Source of the DNA: Clostridia bacterium
GTDB lineage: Bacteria; Bacillota; Clostridia; UBA1381
Length of the DNA: 48,438 nt
Assembly (NCBI GenBank): GCA_045657585.1
Contig: JAZOTJ010000078.1
Span: 1 to 48,438, forward strand
Direction: 5' to 3'
Positions 9,822 to 19,700 of the stretch are shown here, piece after piece. The position numbers were made by a program, and so were the translations under genes. Below the pieces are notes generated by a model, which saw only the letters and a program-made list of their open reading frames with translations, was not told where the DNA came from and did no database searches. Position 1 is the stretch's first letter; the number at the start of each line of letters is the position of its first letter.

Positions 9822-9832
9822 TGACACCTTTT
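9809..9832. terminator. Compact bidirectional hairpin spanning both convergent stop codons
   Basis: aaaaggtgtc (9809-9818), loop tgat, gacacctttt (9823-9832). The hairpin contains the TGA of the plus gene and the TAA of the minus gene, with A/T runs on both sides. Confidence 0.6.
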
Positions 9833-11810
9833 ATTTTGATTTATATGGGTTGGATTTGCCTAACACTGTAAGATTTGTTGCTTTTTGAACAACAACCAAT
9901 TCTTCACAATCATTATATGATTTTTTTGTTATTTTTAAAGTGTTTTCATCAACAAACTCCGTATCAACTTCATTTCCGTCAACACATACAACACTGTATG
10001 GAGTGAAGTTTTTGCCGGATATTATTACATCATTGTCCTTTATCTCTATGCCCTCAATTATAATATCATATATTCCGAATCTCATATTCGTTGGTTTGTA
10101 GGTAACGGGGTTGTTGCCATAAATAAATTTTTCTCCGTATAACATATCATATTGAATTCTGTGAAGCTCAGCAGAATATATTTCATTTTTTTTCATGCCA
10201 TATTGATGAAGTTTTGTCAGAATACCATTATTAATATTAAGCTTATCAAATGCTGCAGCCAATAAATTATATGTTTCCAATTTTCTATTAACTCTTGGAG
10301 TATTATAGTTTGTCCATATAATGTATTCAGTTGAATATATATCATCTTCGTTAAGTATGTCATCAGGAGAGTTCATAGTCGGCATATGGTCGCCGTAAAT
10401 TACAGCCATAACCGGTTCAGGATATTTTGATAACTCGTTGATAATCTCGCCCAACCATACATCCTCTTCGTGTATTTCATTTATGTAGAAATCAATAGAA
10501 CCCTTCATATCCATCACGGCATCAGAACCATCTGTCAATTGATATTTGAAATTGGGATTAATTGTTTCAGGATATTTGCCATGTCCTTGTACGGTGACTG
10601 CAAAAACAAAATCATTACCTGGAGTTGATTTTAATGCGTTGAGGATATATTTTGTAAAAACATTACTTTTTGCCCAGCCAAGAGCATTTAATTTGATATT
10701 ATTCATATATTCGATTGGTGTAAATGAATCAAATCCAAGATTTTTGTAAACCTTGTGTCTGTCATAAAATGTGCCTGTGTGATTGTGTATCGCGTGAGAG
10801 GCATAGCCAAGTTTTTTTAAATCATAGCATACAGATTCAACGGTCTGATTTTGTAAAATAGTTTCATATGGATATTCGCCAATTCCAAAGAAGTTGGTAC
10901 TCATACCGGTTAGAATTTCAAACTCTGTGTTAGCAGTTCCTCCGCCGAAAACCGATACCCCCAATTTTCCGCTTGAATAGTTTTCTTTTAATTTTCTGAA
11001 ATTCGGTATAGGGTCATCATTATATTTTGCAGTTTTAATCACATATGGGTCAACGAAAGATTCAAGCTGAATAACCACGATATTAGGTGTTGTCGGATTT
11101 TCATTGTCCTCTGCAAGCTTTTTTGCAATAGATTTTATGTTTTGTTCAGAATAAACTTCGGGCTCATTTATGCCATTATTAAATATACTGTTTAAAAAAC
11201 AACAGGCAAATCCGAATTCGTATGCTTCATCTGTCAGATTTTGATTTTTAGACCTGTCTTTTTCAGCAGATATAAATTCGACAGGAAGAAGTGAAAGAAT
11301 TATAGTAACAGCAAGTAAAACTGATAATTTTTGATAATCGGGTCGTTTAAATTTTTCTTTAATAAAAATATATATAAGAGATGTTATTCCCACGACAATA
11401 AGTACGCCTATCAGAACTAATTGAGACAGGGACAGATACACATCCATAATACCCAGTGCTGATTTTATGATAAAGAAATCGGCTGCAATAAAAGGAGTAT
11501 GGCGAAAGTGTATCAGAACTGAGTTTACTATGCAGGCAACAATCCACCAAATACTTACAACCGAAATACTAAATATTCTTCTTTTAAATACGAGAGAAAT
11601 GAGATAAGTAAAGAATATTAAAAAAACATTATAAATAAAATAAAAAGGATGTTTTGAAAAATACAAAAAGCCACCTAAAAGAGAGTGTCTTGCAGCACAT
11701 TCAATTGAAATATTCAACAAAAAAGAAAGAACAATACATAAGACAACATAATGCTCAGTTATGATTTTATTCAGAAAATCAAATCTTGTCTTGAATTTCA
11801 TCAATTTCAT
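9831..11810 (-). CDS. LTA-synthase-family (sulfatase-fold) polytopic membrane phosphoglycerol transferase with an extra C-terminal beta domain
   Basis: About 5 N-terminal TM helices. The sulfatase core carries VVIQLESF, GGGTANTEFE, HNHTG and GDH motifs. The C-terminal ~85 aa look like an IPT/TIG domain (ISGKNFTPYSVVCVDG). Confidence 0.8.
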   Translation of the reverse strand: MKLMKFKTRFDFLNKIITEHYVVLCIVLSFLLNISIECAARHSLLGGFLYFSKHPFYFIYNVFLIFFTYLISLVFKRRIFSISVVSIWWIVACIVNSVLIHFRHTPFIAADFFIIKSALGIMDVYLSLSQLVLIGVLIVVGITSLIYIFIKEKFKRPDYQKLSVLLAVTIILSLLPVEFISAEKDRSKNQNLTDEAYEFGFACCFLNSIFNNGINEPEVYSEQNIKSIAKKLAEDNENPTTPNIVVIQLESFVDPYVIKTAKYNDDPIPNFRKLKENYSSGKLGVSVFGGGTANTEFEILTGMSTNFFGIGEYPYETILQNQTVESVCYDLKKLGYASHAIHNHTGTFYDRHKVYKNLGFDSFTPIEYMNNIKLNALGWAKSNVFTKYILNALKSTPGNDFVFAVTVQGHGKYPETINPNFKYQLTDGSDAVMDMKGSIDFYINEIHEEDVWLGEIINELSKYPEPVMAVIYGDHMPTMNSPDDILNEDDIYSTEYIIWTNYNTPRVNRKLETYNLLAAAFDKLNINNGILTKLHQYGMKKNEIYSAELHRIQYDMLYGEKFIYGNNPVTYKPTNMRFGIYDIIIEGIEIKDNDVIISGKNFTPYSVVCVDGNEVDTEFVDENTLKITKKSYNDCEELVVVQKATNLTVLGKSNPYKSK

Positions 11811-11842
11811 CCTTTCGTAATTTTTTGTATATGGAAAAGTTA

Positions 11843-11868
11843 CTGTCGATATAAAATAATATCGACAG
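11843..11868 (-). terminator. Hairpin downstream of ilvE
   Basis: 9-bp stem ctgtcgata / tatcgacag with an 8-nt loop. On the minus strand only a weak U-tract follows. Confidence 0.45.
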
Positions 11869-11885
11869 CACCTTTCATATTAAAA

Positions 11886-12950
11886 TCAGATTTTTTGAAT
11901 CCAGTTGAATTCATCTTTAATTCTACCGCACTGAATACCTGTAATTGTGTCATAAAGCATCTGAGATGTTTCGCCAATTCCGCCATCTCCAACTGTAATC
12001 TTCTTACCATTCCATTCAAATGTACCAATAGGAGAAATAACAGCAGCAGTACCTGTTCCAAACGCTTCTTTCAAAAGACCTCTTTCGTGAGCTTCATAAA
12101 CTTCCTGAATTGAAAGTCTTCTTTCAGATACATTGTATCCTTTGCTCTTCAACAACTCAATAACAGACATTCTTGTGATACCTGATAAAATACTTCCTGA
12201 TAATTCAGGAGTAATAACCTCGTCACCGATTATGAAAAATACATTCATTGTTCCTACTTCTTCAATGTACTTTCTTTCTACACCATCTAACCACAGAACT
12301 TGTGTGTAACCAATTTTTTCAGCTTCATCCTGTGCCTTCAGAGATGCAGCATAGTTACCTGCAGTTTTAGTGAAGCCCATACCACCTTTAACTGCTCTTA
12401 CATAATTTTGTTCAACATAGATATCAACAGGGTTCAAACCTTGTGGATAATAGTTGCCAACAGGTGACAGAATAACAACAAACATAAGATGTTTTGCAGG
12501 ATGAACACCTACATGAGGGTCAACAGCAAATATAAATGGTCTTATGTATAGAGATGTACCGCTTTGAGTCGGAATCCAGTCCTGGTCAACTTCAACAAGT
12601 TTCTTTATAGCCTCAACACAAAAAGCTTCATCAATTAGCGGAATACATAAACGCTCATTTGAAACATTTAATCTTGCCATATTTTTTTCAGGTCTGAAAA
12701 GCTGAATTCCGCCATCTACGGTTTTATAAGCTTTCATTCCTTCAAAAACCTCTTGTCCATAGTGCAGACACATTGATGCCGGATCAAGGGGAATAGGAGC
12801 ATATGGAACAATTCTTGCATCGTGCCATCCCTGTCCCTCGTCATAGTTCATAACGAACATATGGTCTGTGTAATATTTACCAAAGCCAAGTGTTGACTGG
12901 TCAGTTGGTTTTTGCTTTGGTGTAGTTGTTTTTGTGATTTTGATTTCCAT
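11886..12950 (-). CDS. ilvE: Branched-chain amino acid aminotransferase
   Basis: GFGKYYTDHMF, YGQEVFEGMKAY, GGMGFTKTAGNYA and GTGTAAVISP are class IV aminotransferase motifs. Confidence 0.95.
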   Translation of the reverse strand: MEIKITKTTTPKQKPTDQSTLGFGKYYTDHMFVMNYDEGQGWHDARIVPYAPIPLDPASMCLHYGQEVFEGMKAYKTVDGGIQLFRPEKNMARLNVSNERLCIPLIDEAFCVEAIKKLVEVDQDWIPTQSGTSLYIRPFIFAVDPHVGVHPAKHLMFVVILSPVGNYYPQGLNPVDIYVEQNYVRAVKGGMGFTKTAGNYAASLKAQDEAEKIGYTQVLWLDGVERKYIEEVGTMNVFFIIGDEVITPELSGSILSGITRMSVIELLKSKGYNVSERRLSIQEVYEAHERGLLKEAFGTGTAAVISPIGTFEWNGKKITVGDGGIGETSQMLYDTITGIQCGRIKDEFNWIQKI

Positions 12951-13004
12951 TTAAAACATCCCTTTCAGAAAAAATATTTATATTATTTAATTTAAGAACA
13001 TATA

Positions 13005-13634
13005 TCATAGAGTTCCGAATAATCTGTCTCCTGCATCTCCAAGACCAGGAACAATATATCCGTTCTCATTTAATTTTTCGTCCAAAGCACCGCAGAAAAT
13101 TTCAACATCAGGATGAGCTTCTCTGAGTGTTTTTATGCCTTCAGGTGCAGCTATTATACATACAAATTTAATATTTGTTGCACCACGTTTTTTAATAAAA
13201 TTAATTGCAGCAACTGCACTTCCGCCTGTTGCTAACATAGGATCAAGCACAAGTACTTGTCTTTCAGAAATGTCTGTAGGTAGCTTGCAATAATATTCGA
13301 CAGGCTCTAATGTTTCTTCATTTCTGTAAAGTCCGATATGACCGATTTTTGAAGCAGGAATTAAATCCATAATTGCATCAACCATACCAAGTCCCGCACG
13401 CAATATCGGAACAAGTGCAACTTGTCTTTGAATTCTTTTTCCAACTGTTTTTCTTATTGGAGTTTCAATTTCATATTCTTCAAGCTTAAGTTCCTTTGTT
13501 GCTTCATAGCCAAGTAACAGAGCAACTTCATGAGCACATTCACGAAAATCCTTGACAGATGTGTTTTTGTCACGCATAATTGAAAGCTTATGAGTTATAA
13601 GTGGGTGTGACATTATATTAACCATACTATCCAT
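13005..13634 (-). CDS. upp: Uracil phosphoribosyltransferase
   Basis: [32 protein letters not shown] and [12 protein letters not shown]. The start is moved to ATG 13634, behind GGAAAGGAAG. The longer ORF would run through the promoter. Confidence 0.93.
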   Translation of the reverse strand: MDSMVNIMSHPLITHKLSIMRDKNTSVKDFRECAHEVALLLGYEATKELKLEEYEIETPIRKTVGKRIQRQVALVPILRAGLGMVDAIMDLIPASKIGHIGLYRNEETLEPVEYYCKLPTDISERQVLVLDPMLATGGSAVAAINFIKKRGATNIKFVCIIAAPEGIKTLREAHPDVEIFCGALDEKLNENGYIVPGLGDAGDRLFGTL

Positions 13635-13673
13635 AAAAAACTTCCTTTCCTTCACTTTTGTGATACTCTTATC

Positions 13674-13702
13674 ATTATACACCTTTTTATTTGATTTGTC
13701 TA
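13674..13702 (-). promoter_or_regulatory. Sigma-A promoter for upp
   Basis: On the minus strand: TAGACA, 17 nt spacer, TATAAT, preceded by TG (extended -10). Confidence 0.55.
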
Positions 13703-13711
13703 TTATTTTTA

Positions 13712-13744
13712 TAAAAAAATCCACTGTAATTTTTATTACAGCGG
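13712..13744 (-). terminator. Rho-independent terminator after nrdG
   Basis: On the minus-strand RNA: ccgcuguaau, loop aaaa, auuacagugg, followed by a U7 tract. Confidence 0.7.
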
Positions 13745-13750
13745 ATTAAA

Positions 13751-14269
13751 TTAGTCAAGAAATAAAACAACTTCTCCTCTTTCTAATGTTTCTCTCACAT
13801 CGATTACTCGTTGATTTGAGCTTCCGCGAAATTTTAAACTGATATTTTTTAAATCAATTTTAAATTCACCATCAACTAATACATCAATCAAAGACAACAT
13901 CTCATCAGTATATTCACATCTTGCTCGTGAGTTATTAAGTAATTCATCAATTGTATATCCTGAATATGCCCAAATAGTCTTATTCGGATATATTTTTTTG
14001 ATTTTTTTCAAAAAAGGTAAGAGGGATTTTTGATTTTCGGGCTCAAATGGTTCTCCGCCCAAAAGGGTAAGACCATCAATATAGTCTGGTTTCAGCGCTT
14101 CTATCAATTCGTTTTCCGTATCAACAGTAAACAGTTCGCCATAATTAAAATCCCATGTTTCAGGTTGAAAACAACCCTTACAGTGGTGGGTGCACCCTGA
14201 TACAAAAAGAGTAACACGAACACCCAGACCATCTGCTATATCAACTTTTTTAATGTTACAATAATTCAT
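13751..14269 (-). CDS. nrdG: Anaerobic ribonucleoside-triphosphate reductase activating protein (radical SAM)
   Basis: The motifs DGLGVRVTLFVSGCTHHCKGCFQPETW and LLGGEPF are present. ATG 14269 lies 1 nt after the nrdD stop codon. The longer ORF overlaps nrdD. Confidence 0.9.
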   Translation of the reverse strand: MNYCNIKKVDIADGLGVRVTLFVSGCTHHCKGCFQPETWDFNYGELFTVDTENELIEALKPDYIDGLTLLGGEPFEPENQKSLLPFLKKIKKIYPNKTIWAYSGYTIDELLNNSRARCEYTDEMLSLIDVLVDGEFKIDLKNISLKFRGSSNQRVIDVRETLERGEVVLFLD

Positions 14270-14270
14270 A

Positions 14271-16448
14271 TTATAAATGAAGCACTCTTTCTTTAATTTC
14301 CTGAGTTCTGCCCTGATTCCAGTATTGTGTTCCGATGTATCCGCAAGTTCTTCTTGCAACATTCATCTTGCTCTGGTCCTGACATCCGCAGTTAGGACAT
14401 TCCCAAATCAGTTTGCCGTCTTTATCAGTAACTATCTGAATTTCTCCTTCATAGCCACAAGCCTGACAACAATCCGACTTGGTATTAAGTTCAGCATACA
14501 TTATGTTATCATAAATAAATTTCATGACATCTAAAACTGCTTTAATATTATTTTGCATATTCGGAACTTCAACATAACTGATTGCTCCGCCAGGAGAGAG
14601 AGCTTGGAATTTTGATTCAAATGCAAGCTTAGTAAATGCATCGATTTCCTCTGTTACATGAACATGGTAACTGTTTGTAATATAGTTTTTGTCAGTAACA
14701 TCTTCAATAATACCAAATCTCTTTTGCAGACATTTTGCAAACTTATAAGTCGTTGACTCTAATGGAGTTCCATAGATACTAAAATCTATATTTTCCTGTT
14801 CTTTCCATTTCTTTGTAGCTTTATTCAGATATTCCATTACTTCTAATGCAAATGGTGTTGCTTCAGGGTCAGTATGAGATTTTCCAGTCATATACTTAAC
14901 GCATTCATACAGACCAGCATAACCAAGAGAAATGGTTGAATATCCGCCATATAACAATTTATCAATTGTTTCGCCTTTTTCGAGACGGGCAAGAGCACCG
15001 TGCTGCCATAGAATCGGAGCCGCATCACTGAGTGTTCCCTTTAATCTGTTATGGCGGCACATAAGTGCACGATAACAAATGTCGAGTCTTTCATCAAATA
15101 TTTTCCAGAATTTTTCTGAATTCTTTCCTGATGATAAAGCAATATCAACAAGATTTAATGTTACAACGCCTTGATTAAATCTGCCATAATACTTAGGTTT
15201 ATTAGTATCAGGGTCAACATATGGAGTGAGGAAAGAACGACAACCCATACAAGTATAGCAATGTCCTTCACCATTTTTGTCTATCTTGAGATTTAGCATC
15301 ATTTTTTCTGATATATAATCAGGAACCATTCTTTTAGCAGTACATCTAGCTGCCAATTCAGTTAAGTAATAATATTTAGAATCTTCGTGGATGTTATCCT
15401 CTTCCAATACATAAATAAGTTTAGGGAATGCAGGAGTAATCCAATAACCTTTTTCATTCTTAACACCTTGAATTCTTTGCTTCAAGGTTTCTTCGATAAT
15501 CATTGCAAGGTCAGCTTTTTGTTGAGGATCAGAAACCTCATTAAGATACATAAATACAGTTACAAATGGAGCTTGTCCGTTTGTTGTCAAAAGAGTTACA
15601 ACCTGATACTGAATTGTCTGAACACCTTTTCTAATTTCGTCTCTTACTCTTTTTTCTGTCATTTCAGAAATCTTTTCATCAGAAACTTTAATTTCGCATT
15701 CTGCATATTCCTCAATTAATTGTTTTTTGATTTTCTGTCTGGAAATATCAACAAAAGGTGCCAAATGAGTTAAGCTGATGCTCTGACCGCCATACTGACT
15801 TGACGCAACCTGAGCAATTATCTGTGTTGCGATATTACATGCAGTTGAAAAACTATGAGGTTTTTCAATTAAGGTTCCGCTGATAACCGTTCCGTTCTGA
15901 AGCATATCTTCGAGGTTAACCAAATCACAGTTGTGCATATGCTGAGCAAAATAGTCACTGTCATGGAAGTGAATGAGACCTTCCTCGTGTGCCTGAACAA
16001 TATCCAGCGGCAATAAAATTCTCTTTGTTAAATCCTTTGAAACTTCACCAGCCATATAATCGCGCTGAACGCTGTTTATTGTAGGATTTTTGTTGGAATT
16101 TTCCTGTTTAACCTCTTCATTATTGCACTCAATAAGTGTTAAAATCTGATTATCTGTTGTGTTGGAATTACGAATCAATGATCTTGTATAACGATACTTT
16201 ACATAGCTCTTCGCTACTTCAAAGGCTCCCTGAGCCATAATCTGATTTTCTACTATATCCTGAATTTCCTCGACAGAATATGCTCTGCCTGCCTTAGAAA
16301 GTTTAAATTCAACATATTCTGCAATGTCTTTGATTTGTGATTGAGATAATTCATTTGAATTCACAGAATCATTTGCTTTTGATATTGCAATTATAATTTT
16401 TGAAATATCAAAATCAACTTCAGAACCGTTTCTTTTAATAATTTTCAA
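14271..16448 (-). CDS. nrdD: Anaerobic ribonucleoside-triphosphate reductase (class III)
   Basis: ATP-cone N-terminus IIKRNGSEVDFD, a C-terminal Zn ribbon CxxC...CPNCG, and the glycyl-radical motif RRTCGYIG. The TTG start at 16448 lies 7 nt after GGAGGG. ATG 16481 abuts the -10 box and has no RBS. Confidence 0.93.
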   Translation of the reverse strand: MKIIKRNGSEVDFDISKIIIAISKANDSVNSNELSQSQIKDIAEYVEFKLSKAGRAYSVEEIQDIVENQIMAQGAFEVAKSYVKYRYTRSLIRNSNTTDNQILTLIECNNEEVKQENSNKNPTINSVQRDYMAGEVSKDLTKRILLPLDIVQAHEEGLIHFHDSDYFAQHMHNCDLVNLEDMLQNGTVISGTLIEKPHSFSTACNIATQIIAQVASSQYGGQSISLTHLAPFVDISRQKIKKQLIEEYAECEIKVSDEKISEMTEKRVRDEIRKGVQTIQYQVVTLLTTNGQAPFVTVFMYLNEVSDPQQKADLAMIIEETLKQRIQGVKNEKGYWITPAFPKLIYVLEEDNIHEDSKYYYLTELAARCTAKRMVPDYISEKMMLNLKIDKNGEGHCYTCMGCRSFLTPYVDPDTNKPKYYGRFNQGVVTLNLVDIALSSGKNSEKFWKIFDERLDICYRALMCRHNRLKGTLSDAAPILWQHGALARLEKGETIDKLLYGGYSTISLGYAGLYECVKYMTGKSHTDPEATPFALEVMEYLNKATKKWKEQENIDFSIYGTPLESTTYKFAKCLQKRFGIIEDVTDKNYITNSYHVHVTEEIDAFTKLAFESKFQALSPGGAISYVEVPNMQNNIKAVLDVMKFIYDNIMYAELNTKSDCCQACGYEGEIQIVTDKDGKLIWECPNCGCQDQSKMNVARRTCGYIGTQYWNQGRTQEIKERVLHL

Positions 16449-16481
16449 GATAAAACCCTCCAATCTTTTTAGTACTCTCAT

Positions 16482-16510
16482 ATAATAACAAATAATAGTA
16501 TAATTGTCAA
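16482..16510 (-). promoter_or_regulatory. Sigma-A promoter for nrdDG
   Basis: On the minus strand: TTGACA (16505-16510), 17 nt spacer, TATTAT (16482-16487). Confidence 0.65.
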
Positions 16511-16526
16511 TAGATTTTTATAAAAA

Positions 16527-16544
16527 ACCACAATATATTGTGGT
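16527..16544. promoter_or_regulatory. NrdR-box-like operator (perfect 18-bp palindrome)
   Basis: The palindrome is accacaatatattgtggt. Its core ACAATATATTGT fits the published NrdR box consensus acaCwAtATaTwGtgt. It lies 16 bp upstream of the nrdD -35 box. Confidence 0.65.
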
Positions 16545-16687
16545 TGAAAGTATATATTTAATAATTTTTACACAATTTATAACCATCAAAAAACATTGAT
16601 ATTACATACAAATTGCCTGTTTTTATAATTTTTAACATATACTTTGTGTAACCAAAATGTAATATAGATTACAATTTATACTATATA

Positions 16688-16716
16688 TTGATTTTTTAAT
16701 CTTAAAATGATATTAT
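16688..16716 (+). promoter_or_regulatory. Candidate sigma-A promoter for addA
   Basis: TTGATT, 17 nt spacer, TATTAT, ending 25 nt before the addA ATG. Confidence 0.5.
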
Positions 16717-16741
16717 ATTAAATAAAGGTAGGGAATAAAAA

Positions 16742-19700
16742 ATGAAAAATTGGACAGACGGGCAAAGGGATGCAATTTATTCAAAATGGTGTGACGAGAA
16801 CAAGAGCATAAGCTCAAATATTCTTGTTAATGCTGCTGCCGGTTCAGGGAAAACTGCTGTTTTGGTTGAAAGAATTGTCAATAAACTTTGTTGTGATATA
16901 AATTCACCGGATTACAGTGATGTTAAGAATCTGTTGGTTGTTACATTTACTAATGCTGCTGCAAAGGAAATGAAACAGCGTATTTCTGATGCTTTAAATG
17001 ATAAATTATCAGAAGCTATTAATGATAATGATTTTTTATTTGTTGAACGTCTGAAAAATCAGATTAAAAATATTAATTCTGCTGATATAACAACTATAGA
17101 TGCATTTTGTCTGAAAGTTGTTAAAAACAATTTTCATTTATTGAATATTGACCCTGATTTTAAAATAGCAGACTCTGCAGAATGTGAAATGATTAAAGAT
17201 GAAATTATAGAAGACTTGTTTGAAGATGAATATCAGGACAGTAAGTTTGTTGACATAGCTCTGAAGCTGTCAGACAGCCGTGATATATCAACACTTGGAA
17301 ATATTGTGAGAAGTCTTTACGATTACACACGCTCTTTGCCAAGACCGGATGAATGGCTTATGGAAAAGAAAGACTTACTTTTATCAAATGATGAAAACAA
17401 TATATTTTTTACAACTCTTAAAAAGGATATCATACAAAAGATAAATTCTGCAAGAAAACATCTTATTATCGCACTTCGTTATATGATAAGAGAATCAATT
17501 ACTGTTTCGGACAGATTGACCGAGAAAAAAATATTTGAAATCATTTCAAAATATCCACCTGAAGAGGAAAATGAAATATATTATCGTTTTGGAACTTATT
17601 ATACTGCAATTTATAACGAATACATATTCTGTCGTAATCTGAAATCTCTTAAATGGGATGAAATGTATGACATTTTCAGGACTTTTTCCTTTATCCGCCT
17701 TAACAGTGCGCCAAAATTTAAAGATAAGGAACTTCTGATAAAAGACAAAGACAAGTTAGAACCATTAAAATACAGACGTGACACCGCAAAAGAACTGATT
17801 TCAGATGCTAAAAGTTATATTTGTGGTACAGTCAGCGAAATATGTGATATATCTGTTAATGAGCTATATCCGATGATAAGTAAACTTGTTGATTTGTGTT
17901 TCAAGTTCGGGGAAAGATACAGTAAATCAAAGCAAGACAGAAATATAATGGAATTTTCTGATATAGAGCATTTATGTCTCAAGGTAATTAATGAAAATGA
18001 AGATGTTCAGGATATGATGAAAGAAAAATATTCAGAAATTCTTATTGATGAGTATCAGGATACAAATGCATTACAGGAAGAAATCTTTTTAAAAATTTCT
18101 ACAGGTAATAACTTTTTTATGGTTGGAGATATGAAACAGAGTATTTATCGTTTCAGACGAAGTGATCCGGAAATTTTTAAAAGTAAAAGCGACACATATA
18201 GAAAAGAAAAAAATTCAGCTAACAGAAAAATAGTCTTATCGAAGAATTTCAGAAGCAGGAAATCCGTTTTAGAATCAATTAACTCAGTTTTTAATGGAAT
18301 AATGTCCGAGGAAGTCGGAGAAATAGAGTACGATGAGGACCAAAGACTTAATTGTGGAGATACGTCATATAGTGATGAAAATTCACATTATAATGCAGGA
18401 TATAAAAGCGAGTGTATGATTATTTTATCATCTGATGATGAAGATGAGGAAATTACATCAACACAATTAGAAGCAAGAGCAATTGCAAATAAGATTAATG
18501 AATTAAAAGACAACAATTTTAAAATTCGTGATAAACGAAAGATAAATGAAACAGATGATAGCGGTAATATAATAGAAAAAGAAGTTTTCTATTACAGACC
18601 CATACAAAACAAAGATATAGCAATACTTATGTCATCACATAAAAATATTGCTTCGATTTATCAGGAAGAATTAGCTTCATTTGGAATAGAGTGTTATGCT
18701 CAATCAAGTGGGTATTTTGAAAAAAATGAAATCACTATGGCTCTTTCTTTATTAAAAATGATAAATAATCCATATAATGACCTGGCATTGATTGCGGTTA
18801 TGCGCTCACCGATTTTTTCTTTTACTGATGATGAATTATGTGAAATAAGATTATGTAAAAAAGATTGTTTTTATAATTCGTTAAAATATGCAAAAGAATA
18901 TTTACAGGGTGAATTGCGCGATAAATGTATAAATTTATGTAATCAAATAGATAAATGGCGTCAATATAAGAAAATTATGCCGTGTGATAAGCTTATCTGG
19001 ACACTGTATGAAGAAACAGGATTGTATTCGTTTTGTGAATCGGTGTATGGAGAAGATGCTGCAAGTAATCTTAGACTTTTATTTATCAGAGCAAAAAAAT
19101 ATGAGGATTCAGGTTATAAGGGTCTATTCAATTTTATCCGATACATAAATAAACTTCAGAAGAGGGAAGAGGATTTAAGTTCAGCAGTTTCACTCGGAGA
19201 AAATAATGATGTTGTACGACTGATGACAATTCATAAAAGTAAAGGTCTTGAATTTCCTGTTGTCTTTCTGGCAGGCACTGCAAAAAAATTCCAGACGATT
19301 GATTCAAAAGGAAAAATACTTTTTCACAAGGATTTAGGAATAGGTGCTGAATATATAAATATCGAAGAGGGTTATCATAGGAATACACTTCAAAAAAATG
19401 CTATTTCATTAAAAATTACTCAGGAATCTGTTTCTGAGGAAGTCAGAAAGCTTTATGTCGGAATGACAAGAGCAAAGGAAAAATTATTTGTCAGTGCTGT
19501 ATGTAAAAGAAAAAATACACAGGAATTTGAAAAAGAACAACCTGTTGAATTAGAAAACTGGAAAAAAATGTGCGACAGGTCTGGTGTTATGATAACAGCA
19601 ACTGCTGCATCAGTACAAAGATTTATTGATTGGGTTGCTCCTGTGGCAATGGTTGATGATGAAAATTGGTGTTTCGATACTATTCCTTATTCGGAAGTTA

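Noticed and set aside
16570-16585. Possible second NrdR box (acacaatttataacca), 42 bp from the perfect palindrome.
   Set aside because: Only the left half matches the consensus, and the spacing is not the usual 31-32 bp. It is recorded as a weak half-site, not as a feature.
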